A stretch of 47,408 nt of DNA from Candidatus Pacearchaeota archaeon (GCA_018304145.1 JAGVWU010000002.1:1-47408); one strand, 5' to 3'. Counted from the stretch's first letter, positions 1 to 8,752 are shown. Notes: generated from the sequence alone by a model not told the origin. Program-made: numbers and translations.

Positions 1-115
1 TATATTAAGGGCTACATATTTATAAAGCTTTCGTTGATAAAATAGAATATAGCACTTAAGAAGTTAATAGTTATTATTTAAGACGTAGTGTAGTTAAGCT
101 ATTCTATATACATTT

Positions 116-199
116 GCAGGGATGCTAGAGCGGTCAAATAGAACACGTTAAGGCCGTGTTGGCTTAGTGCCTTCGAAGGTTCGAATCCTTCTCCCTGCA
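116..199 (+). tRNA. tRNA-Leu, anticodon read as AAG (150-152)
   Basis: Acceptor stem GCAGGGA/TCCCTGC with discriminator A, D arm CTA..TAG, anticodon stem ACACG/CGTGT around loop TTAAGGC, long variable arm GGCTTAGTGCC, T arm GAAGG-TTCGAAT-CCTTC; no encoded CCA; lies just upstream of rpl18e as in many archaea. Confidence 0.93.
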
Positions 200-214
200 T
201 GAACAGATAATAAA

Positions 215-361
215 ATGGAAGATAAAAATCAAGAATTCAATAAAAAGGCAGACATATCAGAAACCTTTGGAACATTAAAAAGAAAAATGAGTGGTCAAGA
301 ATTTAAAGATTTAGTAAGAAATATTGAACCAATTATCCAAGAAGATGATAAAGAAAACTGA
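215..361 (+). CDS. small ORF (48 aa, MEDKNQEF...), possibly a VapB/AbrB antitoxin C-terminal remnant
   Basis: Read by hand, below the ORF-track cutoff; ETFGTLKRKMSGQEFKDLVR resembles archaeal antitoxin tails from memory only. Confidence 0.35.
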   Translation: MEDKNQEFNKKADISETFGTLKRKMSGQEFKDLVRNIEPIIQEDDKEN

Positions 362-380
362 AAAAAGAGTTTCCAAAATC

Positions 381-465
381 TTTATAAACCTTCAATCTAT
401 GAAACTTTATCCTGCGAGTTAGAGTAAATACTCATCGCGTTTAGCGGGAAAGAATTTTTCTGCTA
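381..465 (+). promoter_or_regulatory. TATA box plus structured 5' leader of the ribosomal protein operon
   Basis: TTTATAAA at 381-388; hairpins GCGA..GAGTA/TACTC..TCGC (414-438) and TAGCGGGAAA/TTTTTCTGCTA (442-465). Confidence 0.45.
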
Positions 466-500
466 TAATTAATGGATTCAAAAACTTATAAAACAATAAC

Positions 501-857
501 ATGATAAGTCAAACATTAATCAAACAAAGGGAAAAAAGAAAAACAAATCCTGCTTTAGTTGAAATCATAGAATTTGCAAGAAAAAAAGAATTATTAGAAC
601 TAGCTAAAAGATTATCAGGACCAACCAGAAAACAAACTAAAATCAATGTTGGGGAAATTGATAGATTAAAAGAAAAAAATATCTTGGTTATTGGAAAGGT
701 TTTAGGCGAAGGGGAAATTGAACATAAAATTAATATATCTGCTTTGAGTTTTTCAAAGCAGGCAAAAGAAAAATTAAAAAAAGCAGGATGTGAAATTAGA
801 ACTATAAAAGAAGAAATTGAAAAAAATCATAAATTAGAAGGTGTTAAAATAATTTAA
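501..857 (+). CDS. rpl18e: 50S ribosomal protein L18e
   Basis: KINVGEID, VIGKVLGEG, SALSFSKQAKEKL motifs; first gene of the L18e-L13-S9 cluster. Confidence 0.95.
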   Translation: MISQTLIKQREKRKTNPALVEIIEFARKKELLELAKRLSGPTRKQTKINVGEIDRLKEKNILVIGKVLGEGEIEHKINISALSFSKQAKEKLKKAGCEIRTIKEEIEKNHKLEGVKII

Positions 858-895
858 AACTTTTAGGAAAAGTTTTAACAAAAACTAAAATCAAA

Positions 896-1306
896 ATGGA
901 AAATAAAAAACTAATAATTAATGGAGAAAATGCAGTATTCGGAAGACTATGCAGCTATGCTGCAAAACAAGCTTTGCAGGGAAATGAAGTGATAATTATT
1001 AATTCTGAAAAAACAATTATAACCGGAAATAAAAAAAATGTTTTGAATAAATATAAACAAAGAAAAATCAGGGGTGGGGCTTCTCAAAAAGGACCTAATT
1101 ATCCAAGAACCCCTCATATGATGCTTAAAAGAGGGATAAGGGGGATGCTTCCAGATTACAGGTGGGGGGAAGGAAGAGATGCATTGGAAAGAATTAAATG
1201 CTATGATGGAATACCTTCAGAATTTAAAAACAAAGAGATGATAAAAATTGAAGAATTAAATAAAACAAAATTTATTAAACTAAAGGAAATTTCAGAAAAA
1301 ATCTAA
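896..1306 (+). CDS. rpl13: 50S ribosomal protein L13
   Basis: INGENAVFGRLCSYAAK, KGPNYPRTP, RGMLP motifs. Confidence 0.96.
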   Translation: MENKKLIINGENAVFGRLCSYAAKQALQGNEVIIINSEKTIITGNKKNVLNKYKQRKIRGGASQKGPNYPRTPHMMLKRGIRGMLPDYRWGEGRDALERIKCYDGIPSEFKNKEMIKIEELNKTKFIKLKEISEKI

Positions 1307-1317
1307 TGAAACAAAAA

Positions 1318-1342
1318 TTTCTGAGATTAAAAATCTCAGAAA
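1318..1342. other. intergenic hairpin, 11-bp stem
   Basis: TTTCTGAGATT-aaa-AATCTCAGAAA between rpl13 and rps9. Confidence 0.6.
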
Positions 1343-1379
1343 CATTCAAATAATAAGATTTGAATTTTTATCAAAGACT

Positions 1380-1790
1380 ATGGATATTAAAAAATCTATA
1401 ATGATCGGTGGAAAAAGAAAAACTGCAATAGCTAAGGCTTTAATTACAGAGGGTAATGGAAAAATTTTAATTAACAAAATACCTTATGAAAATCTTGATT
1501 TTTTTAAAAAATTAATAATACAAGAGCCTATTGAAATAACGAAAAAGATTTTGGGGCATTTTAATTTTAATATATCTGTAAATGCAAAGGGTGGTGGAAC
1601 AGGTGCCCAAGCAGAAGTGTCCAGATTATCTATTGCGAGGGCATTAGTTAAGTTCACCAAATCTGAAGAATTGAAAAAGGCTTTTATGAAGTATGACAAA
1701 AATCTGCTTATTGCAGATACAAGAAGAAAAGAGGCTTATAAACCAGGCGATTCAAAAGCAAGAAGAAAAAGACAAAAAAGCTTTAGATAA
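1380..1790 (+). CDS. rps9: 30S ribosomal protein S9
   Basis: GKRKTAIA, GGGTGAQAE, C-terminal ARRKRQKSFR. Confidence 0.96.
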   Translation: MDIKKSIMIGGKRKTAIAKALITEGNGKILINKIPYENLDFFKKLIIQEPIEITKKILGHFNFNISVNAKGGGTGAQAEVSRLSIARALVKFTKSEELKKAFMKYDKNLLIADTRRKEAYKPGDSKARRKRQKSFR

Positions 1791-1860
1791 AGTTTATTAA
1801 TCGAGCTCTCTTTTAGAAAAAGAAACTTCAGAGAGAAATTATTATTATAAAGAGGTTAAA

Positions 1861-2538
1861 ATGTTAGAAAATATTTTAGGTATGTTCAATAGCTTAGCAA
1901 ATTATATATCAAATACTTTGAATCAGTCGAGTTTGTTAATAGGAATCATTGTCTATGCTGCATTTATTTTAATATATTCTGGATTTTTTTGGAATTTTAA
2001 TAAGATTGTTTCAAAAAAGGATTTTTATGCAAGCTTTATTCAGAATTATTTTGATGAGAAAAATGAAGGTTTTAAAAAATTAATAGGGGGAATTTTAAAA
2101 CTTATAAAATATATAATAGTATTTCCCGCAGTAATATTGTTCTGGTTTTTGGTATTTGCATTATTTCTTTTGTTTCTTTCAAAAAACAATGAAATTTCAA
2201 AGGTTCTTTTGATAAGTGCTTCGATGATTATTGCAATAAGAATTTTGGCATTTTCAGAAGAAAATTTGTCTAGAAATGTTGCAAAGATAATACCTCTTAC
2301 ACTTTTAGCAATTTTTATAATTAACCCCAGTTTTTCAGACTTAGCTGGTTTTTTGGATAAACTGTCTTTAGTAAAAGATTTGATTAATAGTTCTTTGAAC
2401 CTGATGATTTTTATTTTTATAACTGAAGTGGTTTTAAGAATACTGAATCAAACTTCAAAAACCTTAAGAAATTTTAGTGAAAAAAGAAGTGAAAAGATTT
2501 TGATAAAGAGACCTGTCAAGAAGATTAAGAGAAATTAA
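1861..2538 (+). CDS. hypothetical multi-pass membrane protein
   Basis: About 5 hydrophobic segments in 225 aa. Confidence 0.75.
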   Translation: MLENILGMFNSLANYISNTLNQSSLLIGIIVYAAFILIYSGFFWNFNKIVSKKDFYASFIQNYFDEKNEGFKKLIGGILKLIKYIIVFPAVILFWFLVFALFLLFLSKNNEISKVLLISASMIIAIRILAFSEENLSRNVAKIIPLTLLAIFIINPSFSDLAGFLDKLSLVKDLINSSLNLMIFIFITEVVLRILNQTSKTLRNFSEKRSEKILIKRPVKKIKRN

Positions 2539-4454
2539 AACTTAAAATTATGCACCCTTATATCTGGAGACAACAGATAAACCCTGTCTGTTTTGCCCCT
2601 CAATCCCCTATAAACTCTTTGCAATAATTCTCTTTTTGCCTTATCCATATAAAAGCTCATAAAATAAGAGGGCTTATTTTTTTTAAATATCTTCCAAAAA
2701 ATTTCAGATATGTTGGGGTAAGGAAATCTTGTTATAACAATGCTATTGCACAGGTCTCCTGGAAAATCTATCCCCCTGTTGCATTTTGTTGTGAATAAAA
2801 CATTTATTTTTTTATCTTTAAAATCTTTTATTCTTTTTCCAAATGGATCATTGGTTTGTTCGTTGATAAGCTGTTCTTGTGTTGGAAGATTTTCTAAATT
2901 CAAACTTATTTTTTCACTTTCATTGGGCAAATCTGAAAAACTATTTACATGAACCAAAACCGGTTTCTTTGCACAGGATAAACATTTTGAAAGTGAGTTA
3001 AGATACTGCTCTCTGGTTGTCAAGCCTTTTTTAAAACTTTCATAACTGCAATCAAGCTCATATCCATACCTGCAATTTATTAACTCTCCCTGATGGCTTG
3101 TCTCTGCTTCAATTATTTTAAATTTTTCCAAGCCAAAAATATTTTTTAAAACATTTTCAGAATGAATTGTTCCGGACATTAAAATAAAAACTTTATTTTT
3201 TTCAACTAACTCCTTGAATCTTTTTTCAAGATTAGTGGTTACAAGATTTATTATTAAATCATTTTCTTTTTTACTCATTGAAAAAAATGTTTCGTCAATA
3301 AAATCTTCAAATATTTTGGCAACTTTGTAAAGATGATTGATGTAATTTAATTCTTCATCTAATTCATCTACAATTTCTGGATTATTTAGCATTATCTGCA
3401 ATAATTCTTCAATTAAAGTATTTTTAAGTTCAAATATTTCATTTGAATCTTTTAATTTATTTGAAACCTTAATCGCATTGACTGTGTCTGTTAATTCTTG
3501 AACTGAATTGATAACCTGGGGGTTTTTTGAGTAGATATTATTCAATGAAAACAGCAGTCTGTTAAGATTTATCTGCTCTTCATTTGAAAAATTGTCTAAA
3601 AAATCATCACATTCATCAATTATTTCTAGTTCAGTGCTGGGCTTTCTGTTTAAAATAGATTCAACAATATATTTTGCGCTGTTGAATATTATTACATCTG
3701 CATCTGCATAAGACTCATATTGTTCATAATAAGGGCAGCCTTTTGTTCTTAGATATAAGGAAAATCTCCTGTTATTTAGTCCGGAATAATTTATTTTTTT
3801 AGAGTCTTTAAATTTTCTAAGCTCTATTTCTTCGGGAAATAAAGGAGACCAATATGGGCAGACCGGAGCTATCGTCATTCTTTTTATGTCGGTTATAGAA
3901 TCAAAATCCCTAAAATCTACTGAAGGATTCTGCCTAATATAATCTTTTAGTATATTAATATTTTTTTCCTTAATCTCTATTTTGCATGGAATAAAATGGT
4001 TATCGCAGGAAATTTCATTTTTTGCTGCAAAATTTTTTCTATGAACCTGATTCGGTTCAAAAATCTCGGTCAATATTGCATTGGTTTCTTTTATTTTTGG
4101 TTCTAGAATTTTGGAATTTTCCTCTAAAAATTTGCATTTAAAATTTTTTCTTCCAACTATTGAAGAAATTTTAAGTTTTTTTCCATTATGAAGGATATAT
4201 TTTTTGCTTGTATAATCGTTTTTATACTGCTCCTGAAGATTTTTTATTGGAACAACTATAGAAGTTTTTCCAAGATGCCTTGCGAGATTCAGTGCAATGG
4301 CACTTTTGCCTGTTCCACACTGCCCTTTAATAAAAATTATCTTATATCCTTCTTTTATAGAATCTAAAACCTCTTTAACAACATCTGCCTGAGTTTTTCC
4401 ATTTGAAAAAACCAAAGGTTTAAGCTCTTTTTCATCTTCAAATAATGACCACAT
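2535..4454 (-). CDS. Rad3/XPD/DinG-like SF2 helicase
   Basis: Walker A GQCGTGKS, GRKNFKC, CPYY, DECD, MSGT, RGIDFPG, QRVYRGLR. Confidence 0.88.
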   Translation of the reverse strand: MWSLFEDEKELKPLVFSNGKTQADVVKEVLDSIKEGYKIIFIKGQCGTGKSAIALNLARHLGKTSIVVPIKNLQEQYKNDYTSKKYILHNGKKLKISSIVGRKNFKCKFLEENSKILEPKIKETNAILTEIFEPNQVHRKNFAAKNEISCDNHFIPCKIEIKEKNINILKDYIRQNPSVDFRDFDSITDIKRMTIAPVCPYWSPLFPEEIELRKFKDSKKINYSGLNNRRFSLYLRTKGCPYYEQYESYADADVIIFNSAKYIVESILNRKPSTELEIIDECDDFLDNFSNEEQINLNRLLFSLNNIYSKNPQVINSVQELTDTVNAIKVSNKLKDSNEIFELKNTLIEELLQIMLNNPEIVDELDEELNYINHLYKVAKIFEDFIDETFFSMSKKENDLIINLVTTNLEKRFKELVEKNKVFILMSGTIHSENVLKNIFGLEKFKIIEAETSHQGELINCRYGYELDCSYESFKKGLTTREQYLNSLSKCLSCAKKPVLVHVNSFSDLPNESEKISLNLENLPTQEQLINEQTNDPFGKRIKDFKDKKINVLFTTKCNRGIDFPGDLCNSIVITRFPYPNISEIFWKIFKKNKPSYFMSFYMDKAKRELLQRVYRGLRGKTDRVYLLSPDIRVHNFKF

Positions 4455-4467
4455 TTTAAAATAGAGG

Positions 4468-5472
4468 TTAAAGAGAGTTTATAACAATTCTTGTTGTTAA
4501 TTTATAGGTATCTGCCCATTTTGCGTAGGCATTCCAGCCATTAAAACTTTTGATAAATTTTTCATAAGAAATTTTTTTATTTTTAAACAAATCAATTTTT
4601 TTCCTAATTTTTTTAATATTTCTTTTTCTTAATAAACTAAAATAATAAAAATTCCTAAAACCTACAAAATCTATGCCTTTTGATAATAAAATAATTTTAG
4701 ATTTGTCTGGATGTAGTTCGAGTTTTAGCTTTTCTTTTAAAAATTCATTAATTTGCTGCTTCCAAATTTCTAGTTGTAATTTTGATTTATGCAAAATTAC
4801 AAAATCATCTACATACCTTATATAATATTTTGCTTTTAATTTATACTTAACAAAATAATCCAGTTCATTTAAATAAACATTAGCAAAAAATTGAGATGTT
4901 AAATTTCCAAGAGGCATGCCTTTTCCATTAATTTTAGAATCAAAGTTATTTAATATTTTCTCAATAAGCCAAATTACTTTTTCATCTTGAATTTTTCTTT
5001 TTAGAAGATTAACTAAAATCTCCTGACTGACTTCATCAAAATAATGTTTAATATCTGCTTTTAGACAATAAGCATTTTTACTATGATTCTTAGTAACTTT
5101 TCTTAAAAAATAATAAAATCGTTTAATAGCAAATAAATTTCCCTTGCCTTTTCTATTTGCACAAGAATCGTAAATAAACAATCTTTCAAAAACAGGTTCA
5201 ATTATATTAATAATTGCATGATGCACTATTCTGTCTCTAAATGCAGATTTAGAAATTTTTCTTGTCTTTGGATCTCTTAAAATAAAGGTTACAAGAGGTT
5301 TTGGTTGATAAGTCTCAGTTATTAATTCCTTTTGCAATTGAAATAAATTTCCAATAACGTCCTTTTCAAATTCAATTACATATGACATTTTTGTTTTCCC
5401 TTTTCTTGCTTTACGCCAGGCAAGAAGAAGGTTGCTCATATTGTAAATCTCCGAATATAAGTTCTCTTTCAT
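4468..5472 (-). CDS. DGR reverse transcriptase
   Basis: FRDRIVHHA, KADIKHYF, GMPLGNLTSQFFAN (DGR-type SQ motif), YIRYVDDF; 334 aa with no maturase/endonuclease extension; adjacent TR/VR pair. Confidence 0.96.
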   Translation of the reverse strand: MKENLYSEIYNMSNLLLAWRKARKGKTKMSYVIEFEKDVIGNLFQLQKELITETYQPKPLVTFILRDPKTRKISKSAFRDRIVHHAIINIIEPVFERLFIYDSCANRKGKGNLFAIKRFYYFLRKVTKNHSKNAYCLKADIKHYFDEVSQEILVNLLKRKIQDEKVIWLIEKILNNFDSKINGKGMPLGNLTSQFFANVYLNELDYFVKYKLKAKYYIRYVDDFVILHKSKLQLEIWKQQINEFLKEKLKLELHPDKSKIILLSKGIDFVGFRNFYYFSLLRKRNIKKIRKKIDLFKNKKISYEKFIKSFNGWNAYAKWADTYKLTTRIVINSL

Positions 5473-5480
5473 TATTAAAA

Positions 5481-5714
5481 TTCTGGTAGCGAGAACTATT
5501 CTGAAAAGAGAGCCATCATCATTGTTGAGGTTCCTGTTGTTGCAATTGAAGTTGGACCTGTTGCCATGCCCAATGCTATTGAGCCAACATTAGTAGCACT
5601 TTTGCCTTTACATCACTGAAGCTTCTCGCAAGAACCTTCTGTATTTTATAGCTTAAATTCAAGTAAAATATGCGCTGACAAAAGAGCATGTAGTTCTGGT
5701 AGCTACCAGAACTA
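5481..5714 (-). ncRNA. putative TR-containing RNA with structured 5' leader
   Basis: TATA-like TTTTTAAA at about 5734-5741 (minus), perfect 24-bp palindrome 5691-5714, hairpins 5642-5670 and 5618-5639, 3' flank 5481-5498 complementary to the 5' end. Confidence 0.6.
5497..5587 (-). repeat. DGR template repeat (TR)
   Basis: 91 nt, non-coding; in the VR frame it reads WLNSIGHGNRSNFNCNNRNLNNDDGSLFRI with 9 AAY codons; 76/91 identical to 5990-6080. Confidence 0.95.
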
Positions 5715-5797
5715 ATAATTAAAAGAAATGAAGTTTAAAAATTCTTGTAAAAGAATTTTTAATCCCATTCAAATTTTACAATTTGAAGTTTTAAAAA

Positions 5798-6634
5798 TTA
5801 TTGTTTTGCAAATTGCATTAATCCTAAGATAAGTTCTTCAAGTTTTCCTGCTTGCAAAGTTCCTAATTTTCCTTCTTTTATTCCTTGGGCAGTTTCTAAA
5901 AAAGAATTTAATTGTTCTTGAGTATAAGGCAAAGCCCGCATTTCTTTTGGAGAAATTTTTTGCGCGCCTTCGGCGCTTTTCTTACCACGTACCCTGAAAA
6001 GAGAGCCAAGATCATAGTAGAGGTCCCAGTAGTCGCAATAGAAGTTGGACCTGCCGCCATGCCCAATGCAATCGAGCCAAAAACTCCTTGCATAATCTTT
6101 TGATTGAATTGGAAGAAGGTAAAAAGTTACTTCCCGAATTCCTGTTTTATTTTTTAAGAACAAACCAGATTCTTTTGCAAGTTTTTTGCTTCTTGCTAAA
6201 AATACTATTCCATTATCATCTGCAAATGAATCTGTTGGAACATTATGTGTTTTGGTTTTTCCTAAATTTATTACTCTTTTTTTATAAGTAGGTCTTGCTG
6301 TATCTTGCTCGGCTATTTCTAAAATCACTTCTGTTGCAGCTCTTCCATTTAAAAGAATATCTGGAGTTAAATAAAATTCTCTATTATTTTTATGAGCATC
6401 AACTGCTGTTTGAGCATAAGGAATCAAAGGATTAAATTCAGCCAAAGCTCCATAAATATTTCCCTGGATGCAACTAAAGCTTTCAGTTGTCCAAGCTCCT
6501 GGATAACAAACATCTGAATCAACTCCTTGCTTAATTCTTTCTTTTAATAAATCTCTTGCTGTTGCAGGTTTTCCTTCTGAACTTGCTTTTTCATAAGCAA
6601 CTGCAAAATTTCCTGTTTGTCGTTCTAGTGCCAT
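5798..6634 (-). CDS. DGR target protein (variable region WLDCIGHGGRSNFYCDYWDLYYDLGSLFRV; probably CLec-like fold)
   Basis: Contains the VR in frame; fold assignment is inferred from DGR precedent only. Confidence 0.9.
   Translation of the reverse strand: MALERQTGNFAVAYEKASSEGKPATARDLLKERIKQGVDSDVCYPGAWTTESFSCIQGNIYGALAEFNPLIPYAQTAVDAHKNNREFYLTPDILLNGRAATEVILEIAEQDTARPTYKKRVINLGKTKTHNVPTDSFADDNGIVFLARSKKLAKESGLFLKNKTGIREVTFYLLPIQSKDYARSFWLDCIGHGGRSNFYCDYWDLYYDLGSLFRVRGKKSAEGAQKISPKEMRALPYTQEQLNSFLETAQGIKEGKLGTLQAGKLEELILGLMQFAKQ
5964..5976 (-). promoter_or_regulatory. DGR homing hairpin GCGCC-GAA-GGCGC
   Basis: All-GC 5-bp stem with 3-nt GAA loop, 13 nt 3' of the VR and absent after the TR. 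Confidence 0.8.
5990..6080 (-). repeat. DGR variable repeat (VR)
   Basis: 15 mismatches to the TR: 7 A>T, 7 A>G, 1 G>C (sense strand). Confidence 0.95.
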
Positions 6635-6733
6635 GATTTTATTATGAAAAAGGGATTTAAAAAGGTTTCTAATGTTACTACTTTTTAATTAATATCGTTT
6701 AAACCAAACAAAAGCATTTATCGGTATATAATT

Positions 6734-7501
6734 TTAATTTGTAAATGCTTTTGTTTGCTCGCAGTATTTTCCAAACTCACACCATTTGCATAAAGGGCTT
6801 GGAGAAGCAGGATAAATTGTTGTAGATTCTATTTTATTTATCAGGTTTATAATATCCTGCTTCAGGCTTTCCAGCTGCTCTTCTGTTCTTTTTGAAATCA
6901 TTTTTTGATTAAAATCAAGAAAATGCCAGATTAAATGAACATCTGATGCATTAAATTCTTTTCTTATTCCTATAGAATACAAGGCTAACTGCCGGTCTTT
7001 GTTTAATTCCTCTTGAGTTTTTATTGAACCGGTTTTATAGTCATGAATCTCAAAAATATTAGATTCATTATTATGAACAAGCCTGTCAATATAACCCTGA
7101 AGCATATATTTTCCATCATTATTTAGGTCTATTGTCACCTGATGCTCTATTGCTATTGTATTATCCAAAAAAGGATAATTTTTAATAAAGTAATCTATTA
7201 AAAACTTGATTCCTTTGTCAAAATAATATTCAAAAGTCAGATTAGTGTTGACAATTTTTATTTCTTCTTTAAAATCTCTTTTCCAAGATTTTGCATAGTA
7301 TTCTATTGCATCTTCTAGCTGCAGATTTCGCTTTTCAAGAATTTTTAAATATAACCATTCTAAAGTTTCATGCACTTTTTCTCCCAAATATGCCTCTATT
7401 GTACATTCTATTTCAGGAGTCAATTTATCAATGTATCTGAATTTAAATTTTAATGGGCATTGTTCAAAAGCAGAGATTCTTGAATGTGAATAGATTGTCA
7501 T
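6734..7501 (-). CDS. PD-(D/E)XK nuclease, RecB/AddB/Cas4-like with probable Fe-S cluster
   Basis: SHSRISAFEQCP, GEKVH, GYIDRL, HDYKTG, QLALY, C-terminal CKWC..C. Confidence 0.9.
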   Translation of the reverse strand: MTIYSHSRISAFEQCPLKFKFRYIDKLTPEIECTIEAYLGEKVHETLEWLYLKILEKRNLQLEDAIEYYAKSWKRDFKEEIKIVNTNLTFEYYFDKGIKFLIDYFIKNYPFLDNTIAIEHQVTIDLNNDGKYMLQGYIDRLVHNNESNIFEIHDYKTGSIKTQEELNKDRQLALYSIGIRKEFNASDVHLIWHFLDFNQKMISKRTEEQLESLKQDIINLINKIESTTIYPASPSPLCKWCEFGKYCEQTKAFTN

Positions 7502-7825
7502 TTTCTTTTTGGGATTAATTATTTTAATAAAGAGAATATAAAAGGGTTTCTATTTTGAAGATTATGTATTAGTCCTGTATTTTACTGAAATTATTTAATG
7601 GTAGCCATAGGGTTGCTTTTATGAAATTAAAAGGAGCAATTTATTAAGCAAAAAAACTGATAAATAAAAGGTCTATCCTGTAAGTTTAGATAAAACAGGA
7701 TTAAGACAAATATTCTGTTTAAAGAAATCTAGAAAAATTTATAAATTGCTTTTATCTGATGATTATACTTCAATTATATTTGAAGTTAAGAATAAGTTTA
7801 AAAAGGAGAGTAAATTAAAAAATAT

Positions 7826-8752
7826 ATGAAAAAAATAATTTTTGGAATAATGATATTATTTTTGTTGCCAGGATTTGTTAGTTCTGCATCTGCATTAGAA
7901 ACAAATACTTATAGCAAGAGCTTTCTTGGAAAAACAATTCCTGAAGAAGTTCAGTATCAAAATTGCGATGCAGCAAAATCTTGTCTAGATGGATTAGAGT
8001 GTTATATTCTACCTGGCATGGGAAGCCCAAAATGTGTTAATCCAAATCCTTGCTCTTATTATCAATGCACAGGAAATACCGAATGTTCAGTTTTAGAAAC
8101 TTATCCTCCAAAAGTTATGTGCAGTTGCAAAGGAGGCACATGTTTATCTTCTTCAATTCAATCTGGCTGTGTTATTTCTAAAAATCTTGAAACTAGAAAA
8201 GAATCAATAGTATGTCCAACAGAACAACCTATTGAAACTTCAGTAACTTTTTCTGGAGAAACAACAGGATTTCAAGGTACAATAAGCGGTGGTGAAGAAG
8301 GTACTTATGCCAATGGAACATCTGTGATCATAGCTAAAGAAGAAAATGTAGAAAATGGAGTGATGATAAAAATAGGTCCAATTGAATTTGAAACTTTTGA
8401 AGAAGTAACTGTTCAGAATTCAAAATTATACATGAAAACTTCTAATGGAAAAAATACAGAAATAAAAATAGCTCCTGAAACTGCATCAGAAAAAGCATTG
8501 GAAAGGCTTAATTTAAAAGTTTGCTCTGTTGAAAATAATTGCACTATTGTCCTGAAAGAAGTTGGAAAACAAGAGGAAATAAAAACTGCTTATGAATTTC
8601 AAGCAGAAAAAATAGGAAAGATTTTGGGATTGTTTAATGCTAGAATGGAATTAATGACTCAGGTTGATGCTGAATCAGGTGAAGTTATTAAAGATGAAAA
8701 GCCATGGTGGGTGGGAATGTTTTCTGAAAGCAAAGAAGAAAGTTCAGAATAA
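7826..8752 (+). CDS. secreted Cys-rich protein with PepSY-like C-terminus
   Basis: Signal peptide MKKIIFGIMILFLL..SASA, Cys-rich segment, QVDAESGEVI..KPWW. Confidence 0.7.
   Translation: MKKIIFGIMILFLLPGFVSSASALETNTYSKSFLGKTIPEEVQYQNCDAAKSCLDGLECYILPGMGSPKCVNPNPCSYYQCTGNTECSVLETYPPKVMCSCKGGTCLSSSIQSGCVISKNLETRKESIVCPTEQPIETSVTFSGETTGFQGTISGGEEGTYANGTSVIIAKEENVENGVMIKIGPIEFETFEEVTVQNSKLYMKTSNGKNTEIKIAPETASEKALERLNLKVCSVENNCTIVLKEVGKQEEIKTAYEFQAEKIGKILGLFNARMELMTQVDAESGEVIKDEKPWWVGMFSESKEESSE

Larger units (their letters stand above)
4468..6634 (-). mobile_element. diversity-generating retroelement (target gene - TR RNA - RT)
   Basis: RT, TR, VR with adenine-specific differences, and GAA-loop hairpin. 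Confidence 0.95.

Noticed and set aside
4468-5472. Group II intron or retron RT
   Set aside because: SQ motif, short length, no intron domain V/VI recognised, and a TR/VR pair is adjacent
5908-6291. ORFs 5908-6093, 5912-6103, 6088-6291
   Set aside because: Shadow frames of the DGR target gene
6734-7501. Cas4 of a CRISPR system
   Set aside because: No cas1/cas2 or array in the window; solo PD-(D/E)XK nucleases are common
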